64,000 nt of DNA from Candidatus Bilamarchaeaceae archaeon (GTDB taxonomy: Archaea > Micrarchaeota > Micrarchaeia > Anstonellales > Bilamarchaeaceae), in assembly GCA_038870635.1 (NCBI GenBank), contig JAVZJR010000004.1:32001-96000 (forward strand). Reading direction: 5' to 3'. Under the pieces are notes generated by a model, which searched no databases, was not told the DNA's origin, and worked only from the letters and a program-made list of their open reading frames with translations. Positions within the stretch are counted from its first letter, which is position 1, and every line of letters starts with the position of its first letter. Positions 48,544-62,526 of the stretch are shown piece by piece. Both the position numbers and the translations under genes were made by a program.

Positions 48544-49692
48544 TTAACCTATTATATCAAGATCTAATGTATCTATGTTTATTTCTTTTGTTCCTTCCTC
48601 ATATTGAGGGAACCTTACGCCAGCGAGCACAACTAACACACGCATGGAGGTTTTTCTCATATCTTTTTCTATTCTAGACCCCCAAATTATATGCGCTTCA
48701 GGATCTATTCTTTTCGCAGTTTCTGCTACAACATATTCTGCTTCTTTCAGTGTCATATCTTCTCCACCAATAACATTTATTAATGCTCTCTTTGCACTTC
48801 TAAGGTCGGCGTCTAATAATGGAGAATTAAGCGCAGTTTCTACAGCGAGTTTTGCTCTTTCTTCTGGTTTTGCATCTATTGAAGCTTCGCCTAAACCAAT
48901 GACTGCATAGCCGGCAGTGCTCAATATTGTCTTAAGGTCAGCAAAATCTACATTTACCAAACCAGAACGAGTTACTAGCTCGGTTATGCCTTTTACCGAA
49001 CCTGCTAATACCTCATCGCAAACTTTGAATGCAAGATTAAGAGGAAGGTTTGGTACTAAATTAAGAAGTTTATCATTTTTTATTACTATGACTGTATCTA
49101 CGTTTTTTTTCAATTTTTCTAAACCTTTTATTGCATTTTCAAATCTGACTTTTCCTTCCGATGCAAAAGGTAAAGTAACTACTGCAATTGTCAGCGCCCC
49201 ATTATTTTTTGCTATTTCAGCAATAATTGGTGCGCTTCCTGTTCCTGTTCCGCCCCCGAGTCCGCATGTTATAAATACCATAGAGGCATCTTTCAAAACT
49301 TCTTTTATTTCTGCAGCTGACTCTTTAGCCGCTTCTTCTCCTATGATTGGATTAGAACCTGCTCCACGTCCTTGTGTTAGCTTTTTTCCGAGAATTATCT
49401 TTTTATGTGCTTTTATTTTAAGCAGGTGTCTTGCATCTGTATTCATCCCTATAAGTTTAGCTCCTTTTATCCCCATCTCGAAAAGTCGATCTATCGTATT
49501 TGTTCCACTTCCACCTGCACCAACGACGTATATCTTTTGTTCAGTTTCCGCTAAAAATTTTGCTATTTCTTCATCATCTGAATTTATTTCGGTTCCATCA
49601 GTGAAGTGAAACATGTCTTTTGCTATTTGTTTTCCCTGTTGTATGTTTTGAGTAGTACTTTCATTTTCTTTTTTTATTCCTTCTTCAGACAT
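48544..49692 (-). CDS. ftsZ: Cell division protein FtsZ
   Basis: GAGGSG, GLGGGTGTG and NVDFAD motifs. Confidence 0.97.
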   Translation of the reverse strand: MSEEGIKKENESTTQNIQQGKQIAKDMFHFTDGTEINSDDEEIAKFLAETEQKIYVVGAGGSGTNTIDRLFEMGIKGAKLIGMNTDARHLLKIKAHKKIILGKKLTQGRGAGSNPIIGEEAAKESAAEIKEVLKDASMVFITCGLGGGTGTGSAPIIAEIAKNNGALTIAVVTLPFASEGKVRFENAIKGLEKLKKNVDTVIVIKNDKLLNLVPNLPLNLAFKVCDEVLAGSVKGITELVTRSGLVNVDFADLKTILSTAGYAVIGLGEASIDAKPEERAKLAVETALNSPLLDADLRSAKRALINVIGGEDMTLKEAEYVVAETAKRIDPEAHIIWGSRIEKDMRKTSMRVLVVLAGVRFPQYEEGTKEINIDTLDLDIIG

Positions 49693-49956
49693 TTTTATCA
49701 CCAAAATTTGATGTCATATCATTATAGCAAAAAGTATTTAACTACTCCGTTAGGAAAATTGAGTTTTTCCTCTAAACATATAAACATAAGGTTTCTATTA
49801 ATAAATAGTAGATAAAAAATCCATTTTTGTTAGCCTACTGTCCTAAATGGTTTATAGCATAAAGGCGCAATATTTTTAAATATTCACTATAAAATAATCT
49901 GATACTTTTGTTTTAGGTGGCAGTAGCTTGCATACTAGATGGCCGCCGGTTGGTGA

Positions 49957-50235
49957 TTGGTTTTGAAAAGTAAGAAAAAGAAAAAAGAGAGTGTAATAGA
50001 TGTCTTATCTTACCATCTTTCACCTAAAATGGAAATAGTAAAAGAGAACGTTAAAAATCAACTTCTTAATAAATTAAAAATAGACGATTTTACCCAACTT
50101 CCGCTTTTTAGGCACAATGACCCTGCTGTGAAAAAATTAGGTGCAAAGCCAGGCGATGTCATAAAGATTTATAGAGAGGATGTCACTGGTAAGTACGTTG
50201 TGTATCGGTACGTAGTAGAATGTGAAGAGGATTAG
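49957..50235 (+). CDS. rpoH: RNA polymerase subunit Rpo5 (RpoH)
   Basis: QLP....DPAV..LGAKPGDVIKI.R and YRYV motifs. Confidence 0.95.
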   Translation: MVLKSKKKKKESVIDVLSYHLSPKMEIVKENVKNQLLNKLKIDDFTQLPLFRHNDPAVKKLGAKPGDVIKIYREDVTGKYVVYRYVVECEED

Positions 50236-50280
50236 AATTGAAGTTTAATTTATTAATGTTTGTTTTTGGGTGGTGTGTAT

Positions 50281-51741
50281 ATGATTCCAGATTTGATTAA
50301 TGCATATTTTAGAAGCAATAGTCTTGTTAATCAACAACTTCAATCCTATAACAAATTTATTGATGTTGGTTTACAATCAGTTATTGATAGTATAGGAAAA
50401 ATACAAACTAATGTTGAAGGATTTGAGTTGAAACTTGGTAAAATTAGAGTAGAAAAGCCTAGATATTATGAAGTGAGAGGTGGCTACCGACCGATTATGC
50501 CTCAAGAAGCACGGCTTAGAAATATTTCTTATGCTGCACCAGTTTTTTTAGAGATAATCCCGGTTTTTAATGGTATCGAGCGACCTACTTATTCAGACGT
50601 TTTTATTGGTGAAATCCCAGTTATGCTTAAATCTAAACTGTGTTATCTATTTGGCCTTAGTAGAAATGAACTCATTGAGAACGGCGAGGATCCAGATGAC
50701 CCTGGCGGTTATTTTATTATAAACGGGAGCGAGCGAGTGCTTGTAAGTATAGAAGATTTAGTACAAAACAAACTAATGATAAATAGAGAAAAGAAAGGTA
50801 CTATCGCTAAGATATTCTCAACTCGTCAAGGTTTTAGAGCACGCTGCGTTGTGGAGAGAAATGTAGAAGGTTTTTATACAGTTGAATTCCCATCCGCACC
50901 TCCAGGTATATCACTTGTTTCTCTTCTAAGAGTTTTGGGAATGGAAAAGGATGAAGATATAAAAAATGAATTTAGCCAGTCTCTTTTAGTACAAAACGAT
51001 GTGGTCTTGAATCTTGAAGAGGAAAAGACAAAGACAAGGGACGAGGCAGTGGATGTTTTAAGTAGAAAACTGTCTCCTGGTCAACCTTTAGAATTTAGAT
51101 TAACTAGGATGGAAAATCTTTTAGATAATTATTTGTTACCACACATCGGGGTTACCAAAGCAGAGCGTCTGGAAAAAGCAAGATATCTTATAAGGATGGC
51201 TGAGCGTGCAACCCTTGTAGCCCATAAGAAATTACCACAAGATGATAAAGACCATTACGCAAATAAAAGAGTAAAATTGGCCGGAGACCTTATGGAGGAA
51301 TTATTTAGATATGCTTTTCAGTTTTTGGTAAAGGATTTGGTTTACCAAGCATCTCGTGCAGATGCACGAGGAAGAAGATTGCAAGTTCACACACTTGTAA
51401 GACAAGATGCTATGGCGGATAGAATAAGATACGCTATGGCCACAGGTAACTGGATTGCTGGCCAAACTGGCGTGTCTCAACTTCTAGATAGAGTGAGTTA
51501 TCTTTCTACACTTTCTCATCTTAGAAGAGTTATATCGCCTTTAAGCAAAAAACATCCGCACTTTAAAGCAAGAGATTTGCATGGTACACATATTGGAAAA
51601 ATCTGTTCCAATGAAACACCAGAAGGACCTAGTTGTTCATTAGTAAAGAATTTAGCAATTATGGCCGAAGTTTCGATAGGGTATGATGAAGATGAAATAA
51701 TTAGGTTACTCCGATCTTATGATGTAAAGATGGAGGGTTAG
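50281..51741 (+). CDS. rpoB2: RNA polymerase subunit Rpo2N (RpoB'')
   Basis: PQEARLRN, DPGGYFIINGSE, ARDLH and ETPEG motifs. Confidence 0.97.
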   Translation: MIPDLINAYFRSNSLVNQQLQSYNKFIDVGLQSVIDSIGKIQTNVEGFELKLGKIRVEKPRYYEVRGGYRPIMPQEARLRNISYAAPVFLEIIPVFNGIERPTYSDVFIGEIPVMLKSKLCYLFGLSRNELIENGEDPDDPGGYFIINGSERVLVSIEDLVQNKLMINREKKGTIAKIFSTRQGFRARCVVERNVEGFYTVEFPSAPPGISLVSLLRVLGMEKDEDIKNEFSQSLLVQNDVVLNLEEEKTKTRDEAVDVLSRKLSPGQPLEFRLTRMENLLDNYLLPHIGVTKAERLEKARYLIRMAERATLVAHKKLPQDDKDHYANKRVKLAGDLMEELFRYAFQFLVKDLVYQASRADARGRRLQVHTLVRQDAMADRIRYAMATGNWIAGQTGVSQLLDRVSYLSTLSHLRRVISPLSKKHPHFKARDLHGTHIGKICSNETPEGPSCSLVKNLAIMAEVSIGYDEDEIIRLLRSYDVKMEG

Positions 51742-51750
51742 GTGTTTAAT

Positions 51751-53570
51751 ATGTCCAAAAAAGAAAAAACAGCTGTTTATCTTAATGGAAAATTTATAGG
51801 TTATCATCCGGATGGTAAAAGTTTAGCTCAAAGATTGCGTGAAAGACGAAGAATGAATGAACTTAACTATCAAGTGAACATCTACTATAATGCAAATATA
51901 AATGAGCTCCATATAGTAAGCGATAAAGGGCGTGTTAGGCGTCCTTACATCGTAGTGGAAAACGGTAAATCTAGATTAACACCAGAGATAATCAATCGTC
52001 TTAGGAATAATGAACTTACATGGAACCATTTAGTAAGGATGGGTATAATAGAATATCTAGATGCACTTGAAGAAGAGAATGCCTATATAGCTTCAAAGCC
52101 AGAGGAGTTAACACCAGAACATACTCATCTTGATGTTGATCCTGCGAATATATTTGGTGTAGTCGCATCTATTTTACCTTACTGCGAACATAACTCCTCC
52201 CCACGAATTACTATGGCATGTGCTATGAGTAAACAGTCTCTTGGTTTGTATAGTGCAAACTTTAATAGCCGTTACGATACGAGAGCTTATGTTATGTACT
52301 ACCCACAGGAACCTCTGGTGAGGACAAACGTCTATAATGCTCTTAATTTAAAAGAAAAAGCAGCCGGTCAGAATTGTGTTGTAGCTCTTTTGAGTTATAA
52401 AGGGTATAATTTGGCGGATGCTATAGTGGTTAATAAATCTGCTGTTGATCGTGGTCTCTTGAGAACAGTAATGTTTAGAACCTATGAGACTGAAGAGAGA
52501 ACTTACCCTGGTGGGCAACGTGATATAATTGAACTTCCTACACCTGAAGTGAGCGGGTATAGAGGAGAAGAAGCCTATTCTCATCTTGATGAAGATGGTA
52601 TAGTTATTCCTGAAAGCGAAGTAAAAGGAAAAGACGTGCTTGTAGGTAAAACTTCACCACCTCGTTTTCTTGAAGAAATATCAGTTTTTGGTACTGTAGA
52701 GGAAAAAAAACGAGAAAGTTCCCTTGCATTAAAAGTTGGAGAAGAGGGTAAAGTTGATTCTGTGCTTGTAACTGAAAGTTCTACTGGTAATCGTTTAGTA
52801 AAAGTAAGAATTCGCTCAGTTAAAACTCCAGAAATTGGTGATAAGATAGCTTCACGGCATGGGCAAAAAGGTGTTATTGGTTTGGTAGTACCACACACTG
52901 ATATGCCATTCACTGAAAGAGGTATTGTTCCAGATCTTATAGTCAACCCTCATGCAATACCAAGCCGTATGACTGCTGGCCATCTTCTTGAAATGCTTGG
53001 GGGAAAGGCTGGAGCAGTAGGCGGTTTGTTGATGAATGGAAGTTCGTTTAGTGGAAACAAAGAAGATGAATACAGAGAAATTCTTAAGAAAGCTGGCTTT
53101 GAAGAATTTGGGGAAGAAGTACTTTATGATGGTATAACTGGAAAACCATTGAATGTTAAGATATTTGTTGGTGTTATCTATTACCAACGACTTCATCATC
53201 TCGTAAGTAATAAAATGCATGTGAGGAGTAGAGGCCCAGTGCAACTTCTTACCCACCAACCTACTGAAGGACGGGCACGTGAAGGAGGATTACGATTTGG
53301 TGAAATGGAACGTGATTGTCTTATTGGTTATGGCGCAAGCATGTTAGTTAAGGAGAGGTTGTTAGAAGAAAGCGACAAAACAGTTCAACTAGTTTGTTCA
53401 GAATGTGGTTCAACAGCAACACACGATTTTGCTAAAAATAAAGATATATGTCCTTTGTGCGGTAGCGACAATGTCCAACCGATTGAAATAAGTTATGCAT
53501 TTAAACTACTTCTTGATGAGATTAAATCTCTTTATATTTTCCCGCGTTTAATTTTAAAAAAGAAGGGGTG

Positions 53571-53571
<1 letters not shown>
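51751..53571 (+). CDS. rpoB1: RNA polymerase subunit Rpo2C (RpoB')
   Basis: HNSSPR, GDKIASRHGQKG and GGLRFGEMERD motifs. Confidence 0.97.
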
Positions 53572-57306
<3,735 letters not shown>

Positions 57307-57316
57307 AGGTGGTTTA

Positions 57317-57757
57317 ATGGCTAAGAAAAAAGAAGATGTTAATGAAGAAAAAGAAGTTGAAGAAGTAAAAGAGGAAGAGACTGAAGAAGTCGAAGAAGAA
57401 AAACCAAAGAAAAAAGAAAAGAAAGTGGTAAGAAGAAGGAAGACAAAAGAAAAAGAGAACCCGTTAATAGCAGCGATACGATTAACAGTAGAGAGTGGTA
57501 AAACTGAGTTTGGTGTTCGCAGTGGCCTATTTGCGTTCTTGAGTGGAAAAGCAAAGTTGTTTGTAGTGGCTGAAAACACTCCTGAAGAATATATGAAAAA
57601 AGTGCGCGAAGCCTCTGAAAAATCAAAAATACCGGTGATTGTATTCCCTGGTTCTAGTATGGAATTGGGTGCGGTTTGCGGAAAACCCTTCCCTGTTTCT
57701 GTGCTATCTATTTATGATGTTGGCCACTCTAATATTATGGATTATGCCAAAAAGTAA
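57317..57757 (+). CDS. rpl30e: 50S ribosomal protein eL30 with charged N-terminal extension
   Basis: ESGK..FG and ELGAVCGKPF motifs; operon position. Confidence 0.92.
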   Translation: MAKKKEDVNEEKEVEEVKEEETEEVEEEKPKKKEKKVVRRRKTKEKENPLIAAIRLTVESGKTEFGVRSGLFAFLSGKAKLFVVAENTPEEYMKKVREASEKSKIPVIVFPGSSMELGAVCGKPFPVSVLSIYDVGHSNIMDYAKK

Positions 57758-57767
57758 TAGTGATTGA

Positions 57768-58232
57768 ATGGAACTGAATGAGCGCGGCCTTTCTCTTTTT
57801 ACTTTATTTGAAAGTATAACTAGTGTAATGCCACGTGATTACGCCGAGGCAGAGGAGACTATAATTTTTTTAGTTGATCCTTTTCAGCTTGGTCGCTCTA
57901 TAGGAAAAAACGGTGTAAATGTAGATAAACTCAAAACAAAAATAAATAAGCGGGTTTTTGTTGTCGCTGATTCCGACGACCCCTCAACTTTTATAAGAAA
58001 TTTTTTTAGTAATCTTAAGATTTTGGCGATTGAAGAAAGGAATGTTATGAATGAGCGCTCTTTTTTAGTTTATTTTGATGAGAAGGAACGTGGTCTCGCC
58101 ATAGGCAAAAATGGTGAAAGAATAAAGATATTAAAAGAATTTCTTAAGAAAAAGTTCAATGCCACAGCACATGTTCGCACTCGTCGTGTGTTAGGAGAAT
58201 CCTCTTCAGCCGAGGTGGCGGAATCCGGTTAA
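57768..58232 (+). CDS. nusA: Archaeal NusA
   Basis: Two KH motifs, SIGKNG and AIGKNG. Confidence 0.92.
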   Translation: MELNERGLSLFTLFESITSVMPRDYAEAEETIIFLVDPFQLGRSIGKNGVNVDKLKTKINKRVFVVADSDDPSTFIRNFFSNLKILAIEERNVMNERSFLVYFDEKERGLAIGKNGERIKILKEFLKKKFNATAHVRTRRVLGESSSAEVAESG

Positions 58233-58305
58233 CGCGTACGCCTGGAGATTCTGCTAGGAAGCGTATCCCCTCACGGGGTTAGGAGTTCAAATCTCCTCCT
58301 CGGCG
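58209..58305 (+). tRNA. tRNA-Ser(GGA) with 12-nt intron at 37/38 (58248..58259)
   Basis: GCCGAGG/CCTCGGC acceptor with G73; TACGC-CT-GGA-G|ATTCTGCTAGGA|A-GCGTA; long variable arm CCCC-TCAC-GGGG. Confidence 0.94.
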
Positions 58306-58324
58306 CTTATACTATCATCACGTT

Positions 58325-59299
58325 TTATAGTTTAACTTGGTCTATTCTAAAATTTGTTAGAGGTTCAACATTTTTTATTTTATTTTTTGTTTTTTTTGCT
58401 TTTTTTCTCATTATAAAACCAGTGTACGCTATCATTGCACCATTGTCTCTATTATATTCATCTGGTGCAACCGCGAACTCTACTCCATCATCCTCGCACA
58501 TTGTTCGAAGCATTTCTTGAAGTCTTTTATTTTGGGCTACGCCGCCGCATACCAACAATTGTTTCTTTTTTGTCAAAAAAAGCGCTCTTTCAGTCGCTTC
58601 ACAACTCATAGCAAAAGCAGTTTCCATAAGTGAAAACGCAACATCTTTTTTGTCTTTTTCCTTTGCAATTTTTTGCGCTTGCGTTAAGAGACCAGAGAAA
58701 ACAAGATTCATTCCTTTTACACTGTATGGCAATTCGATATATTTTCCTCCCTTAGAGAAACTTTCGAGTGCTGAGCCATGTCCTTCTATGCCTATGCTTC
58801 TTGCAAATGAGTCAAAAAGATTTCCCAAACCTATGTCAAGTGTTTCGCCTAGAATGTGATAACCTTTTTTTTCTTTTATAATTATTTGACTATTTCCACC
58901 AGATAGGTACAACACAAGCGGGTCTTTAAATCCAGAAATATGCCGTGTTATTTCTACATGCGCATGGCAATGGTTAACACCAACTAGCGGTTTTTTATAT
59001 TTAAGAGAAAGATACTTCGAGGCAGCACACCCAACTGAGAGAGGCGCTCCAATTCCTGGCCCTTGAGAGAAAGCAAAAATATCAATATCTAATAGACTAC
59101 AATTACTTTTTTCCAATGCTCCTTTAAGAACTTCACCAAAAACTACTGCATGGTGGTCAGCCAATTCACGGGGAAGCATTCCTTGTCCTTTGGGGGGTTT
59201 GTAAGTATTTATTTCATTTGCTAATATTTTATCTTTCTCGGAATCATACACCCCAATTCCAAGAGTGTGAGCAGTACATTCTATTCCTAGTACTTTCAT
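58325..59299 (-). CDS. kae1: tRNA t6A synthase Kae1/TsaD
   Basis: GIECTAHT, VNHCHAHVE, LSGGN, GETLD and DNGAMIA motifs. Confidence 0.96.
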   Translation of the reverse strand: MKVLGIECTAHTLGIGVYDSEKDKILANEINTYKPPKGQGMLPRELADHHAVVFGEVLKGALEKSNCSLLDIDIFAFSQGPGIGAPLSVGCAASKYLSLKYKKPLVGVNHCHAHVEITRHISGFKDPLVLYLSGGNSQIIIKEKKGYHILGETLDIGLGNLFDSFARSIGIEGHGSALESFSKGGKYIELPYSVKGMNLVFSGLLTQAQKIAKEKDKKDVAFSLMETAFAMSCEATERALFLTKKKQLLVCGGVAQNKRLQEMLRTMCEDDGVEFAVAPDEYNRDNGAMIAYTGFIMRKKAKKTKNKIKNVEPLTNFRIDQVKL

Positions 59300-59302
59300 A
59301 TT

Positions 59303-59908
59303 TCACCTCGCGTATAGCAATGCCAATACTGTTAAAAGATTAAAAAAGAGATGGATGGCTATCGGAGGTATTATGCTCTCGCTTTTTTTGTATATAACCC
59401 CTAACACAAAACCTATCGCAATAGTCCCAACAACTTCCATAAAAGAACCATAGAATATATGAAGAATGCCGAAAGCAAAACTGGAGCCGATTATTCCTAT
59501 TCTTGGAACAAGGGCAGCTCTAAAAAGAAGTTCTTCAGTTATGGGGGCCACGATAACTGCGAATGGAAGTATCCAAAATGGAACTTTGTTTAATACATCA
59601 AAAACCTTTTCATTATCTTTTATTCCTAAATAAGAGAAAATAATAGAAAGTAATAACATTACCGTCATAACTAATACAAAGCCACCTACAGAAAACAAAA
59701 TAGTTTTTTTAACATTGGATGGCGGCACCCCCATCTTTTTCATTACTGTTTTTATATCGTCCCTTTCTTCCCAAAGAAGAACTAGAGATAATGAAAAAAA
59801 ACAAAGATGGAGGAAGGCTTCATAAATGTAAGTGTCGTGATAGAAAACAAAAAATACAACGAAGAAGAGAAAAGCAAAAACAAATAAAAAAAAGAATAAT
59901 TTTTTCAT
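59303..59908 (-). CDS. CPBP (CAAX protease-like) intramembrane metalloprotease
   Basis: [14 protein letters not shown] and IHLFFN motifs. Confidence 0.92.
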   Translation of the reverse strand: MKKLFFFLFVFAFLFFVVFFVFYHDTYIYEAFLHLCFFSLSLVLLWEERDDIKTVMKKMGVPPSNVKKTILFSVGGFVLVMTVMLLLSIIFSYLGIKDNEKVFDVLNKVPFWILPFAVIVAPITEELLFRAALVPRIGIIGSSFAFGILHIFYGSFMEVVGTIAIGFVLGVIYKKSESIIPPIAIHLFFNLLTVLALLYAR

Positions 59909-60087
59909 TTTTTCTCAAAGTAGCCGCACTTACCGCATGACCGGCGATCTTTGTGTTCTGCCAAATGATAACCTGGGCCGCACTTTGGGCACATTTTGTG
60001 CTGTGCGTATGGTTTTATCTTTTTTTCAGTAGGTTTTGCCGGTGCCTTTGCTTGTCCTTTTGTTTCCTTTTTTTTCTCATCGGCCAT
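59905..60087 (-). CDS. rps27ae: 30S ribosomal protein eS31 (S27ae)
   Basis: CPKCGPG..LAEH.DR..CGKCG. Confidence 0.95.
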   Translation of the reverse strand: MADEKKKETKGQAKAPAKPTEKKIKPYAQHKMCPKCGPGYHLAEHKDRRSCGKCGYFEKK

Positions 60088-60102
60088 TATTTACCACCCT
60101 GT

Positions 60103-60429
60103 TTACTTTTTAGCCGCTGCTTTTCCTTTTTTCTTTTCCTTTTTCTTTTTCTCTGCTAAACCCTCGCGTACAAGTATATAAAGCGGTTCTGTTTTCATCA
60201 TCTTTTCTTTTGAATCATATGCGTGCACTAAAACATCTGCTTTTTTTGCCCCAAAGGTAGTTTTTACTTCCCTAAGTACAGCATTTTCGGGGTTTATCCC
60301 ATTTTTTGTACAAATTGCTTCTTTTATCTCTTTTCTTGAAGGGGTAACGCTTTCATAAGAGATAGTGGCTGTGATTTCAATTCTTTCTAAAAGTTTATTT
60401 TCGTTCTTTGATATATTCTCAATATTCAT
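60103..60429 (-). CDS. rps24e: 30S ribosomal protein eS24
   Basis: NKLLER.E, TPSR.E and TTFG motifs. Confidence 0.94.
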   Translation of the reverse strand: MNIENISKNENKLLERIEITATISYESVTPSRKEIKEAICTKNGINPENAVLREVKTTFGAKKADVLVHAYDSKEKMMKTEPLYILVREGLAEKKKKEKKKGKAAAKK

Positions 60430-60449
60430 TGTATCACCAAATTTTTAGA

Positions 60450-60842
60450 TTATCTTATTCTTTCCATTTTTTTCTTTCCCATCGAACTCAATATTTCGAC
60501 TTCTTTACCAGCTGCTGCATTAGGTAATAGTTCATCTGGCACTTCCATTTCATAAATTTCGTAAGTTTGGGTATCCATTACTTGTGCGGTCTTTCCATTC
60601 AATGACATTATCTGAACTGTTTTTCTTTCGATTATGGGTACTTCAACATCTGCATCTGCCGGTGTTAGAAGAACTTTTTTTTGTCCTTCAAAAACACCTA
60701 TGCCTGTTATTCTCATTTTTCCTGCGCCATGCTTTCCAGTTTTTGAAGTTTCAACCTCTACAACTTTACACGGTATTTCGTCTATTAAGATGTATTTTCC
60801 TACCTTTATATCTTTTGCACTAGCGAATGTTTTCTCCACCAT
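60450..60842 (-). CDS. eif5a: Translation factor aIF5A
   Basis: SKTGKHG hypusination motif. Confidence 0.96.
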   Translation of the reverse strand: MVEKTFASAKDIKVGKYILIDEIPCKVVEVETSKTGKHGAGKMRITGIGVFEGQKKVLLTPADADVEVPIIERKTVQIMSLNGKTAQVMDTQTYEIYEMEVPDELLPNAAAGKEVEILSSMGKKKMERIR

Positions 60843-60899
60843 AAAAACACCTAACAAAACTTAAGATGTGAGAGTATTTAAAACATTAGTTTTTTAAAT

Positions 60900-61616
60900 A
60901 TGGTTATGATCGTTGATTCCCATTGCCATCTCCAAGAGATAAAAAATTATTCTATCAAAGAGGTGGTGCCTGTTGTTTGCGGTTATTCTCATTCATCTAA
61001 CATAAAAGCGGTTGAAATTGCAAAGCGTCTTTCTATTCCTTTTTCTCTTGGTATTGCTCCACAAAGTGTGATAAGGATAGATAATTTAGAAGTGCTTGAT
61101 GAATGGATAGAATATATAAAAAAACAGAAGCCAAATGCAATTGGCGAGTGTGGGTTGGATTATCATTGGGCAAAAGAAAAAAAAGAGATAGAACGAGAAC
61201 AGATAACTTTTTATCGTATGGTTGAGCTTGCGGAAGAAATGAAACTTCCGCTTGTGATTCATGCAAGAAAAGCAACAGCAGATGTTATCGATACTCTTAC
61301 TTTAAAAAATTTTTCTGAGAGGGTGATGTTTCATTTTTTTTCAGGAAGAGAGAAAGATGCAGAATGGGCAGTTGCCAATGACAGTTTGATATCAATAACT
61401 CCGCTTCATTCAAAGGAAAGAAGAGAAGTTATAAAGAAAACACCTCTAGAGAACATTGTTGTTGAAACTGATGCCCCTTATGTTGGTCGAACACCAGATG
61501 ATGTAAAGGATGCCATAAGCTATGTTGCAGAGGTAAAGAATTTAGATTTTGATGTTGTTGCTGAGCAAACAGCAAAAAATGCTCAGAAATTTTTTAATTT
61601 TTCTTTTTTTGGGTGA
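60900..61616 (+). CDS. tatD: TatD family nuclease
   Basis: DSHCH, IGECGLD, IHAR and ETDAPY motifs. Confidence 0.94.
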   Translation: MVMIVDSHCHLQEIKNYSIKEVVPVVCGYSHSSNIKAVEIAKRLSIPFSLGIAPQSVIRIDNLEVLDEWIEYIKKQKPNAIGECGLDYHWAKEKKEIEREQITFYRMVELAEEMKLPLVIHARKATADVIDTLTLKNFSERVMFHFFSGREKDAEWAVANDSLISITPLHSKERREVIKKTPLENIVVETDAPYVGRTPDDVKDAISYVAEVKNLDFDVVAEQTAKNAQKFFNFSFFG

Positions 61617-62092
61617 TAGCTGTGTTTGATTTATCCCGTTTTTTTGGTAAGAAAAATAATATAGTTCTTTTAGTCGACGGACCTAACACAATAAGAAAGG
61701 CATTTCACTTAGACCTAAAGGAAATAAGAAAAGAAATAGGTAAATATGGGGAAATAAGAACTGCAAAGGTCTACCTTGACCAATACGCTTCTGATAAACT
61801 TATAGAAGCAATGGTTAATCAAGGATTCAAAGTTGTGATAACGACAGGGGATGTTGATGTTACGATGGCAATAGAGGGGATGGAATACGTTTTAGACCCC
61901 AATGTAAATATTATTGCCTTTATGACTCGTGATACTGACTACCTTCCTCTTTTGCACAAGGCAAAGGAAAGAGGAAAAAAGACCATAATCATTGCTACAG
62001 ATTTTGCTTTTAGCGCCGCATTAAGGAATACTGCAGACATAGTAATACTTTTCAAAGAAAAAAACCAAGTGGAGCACATACATAATTCGTGA
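61613..62092 (+). CDS. NYN (LabA/DUF88-like) domain protein
   Basis: LVDGPN, GDVDV and TRDTDY acidic motifs. Confidence 0.9.
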   Translation: MIAVFDLSRFFGKKNNIVLLVDGPNTIRKAFHLDLKEIRKEIGKYGEIRTAKVYLDQYASDKLIEAMVNQGFKVVITTGDVDVTMAIEGMEYVLDPNVNIIAFMTRDTDYLPLLHKAKERGKKTIIIATDFAFSAALRNTADIVILFKEKNQVEHIHNS

Positions 62093-62387
62093 TTTGATTT
62101 TTATAAGAAACGCTCAACACGATAATTTCTACTTTTTCTTTTTTTTGGAGTGGTGAAAGCCTTGCTCTACCTGTTTTTACCTCTACATATGTTGGTTTTC
62201 CCTTTTTTCCAGTGATTGGGTTAATTTTTCTTTCGACGTAATCACTTCCTCTTCCAGTTCGTTTAACTTCTCTTCCCATAGCTTCGCTTCTTGCCATTGC
62301 AATATTTTCAAATAATGATCCACGTGCTTTGTTCATTTCAAGAGTATGTCGTTTTCTCTCTTTTTTCAAAAAATCAAAAAACCCCAT
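62052..62387 (-). CDS. Small PD-(D/E)xK nuclease-like protein, probably frameshifted near the 3' end
   Basis: RG..FE...GSD...VEVKTG...LS..Q motif. Confidence 0.7.
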   Translation of the reverse strand: MGFFDFLKKERKRHTLEMNKARGSLFENIAMARSEAMGREVKRTGRGSDYVERKINPITGKKGKPTYVEVKTGRARLSPLQKKEKVEIIVLSVSYKNQITNYVCAPLGFFL

Positions 62388-62526
62388 ACGTCATCAATTA
62401 ATATTTTAAGTGTTTTAATTTAAAAAATTAAGTAAGTAGAATTTATTCGGTTTTACAATGTTTTTTATATATTTTGTTTAAAAGAAATATGCGCATTGTT
62501 GTGCGCTTATAAGAGGCGGGATTTTT

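Noticed and set aside
48917..49609. Long antisense ORFs (this one opposite ftsZ; also 26154..26777, 21294..21848, 63099..63653)
   Set aside because: Shadow frames of well-conserved genes on the opposite strand
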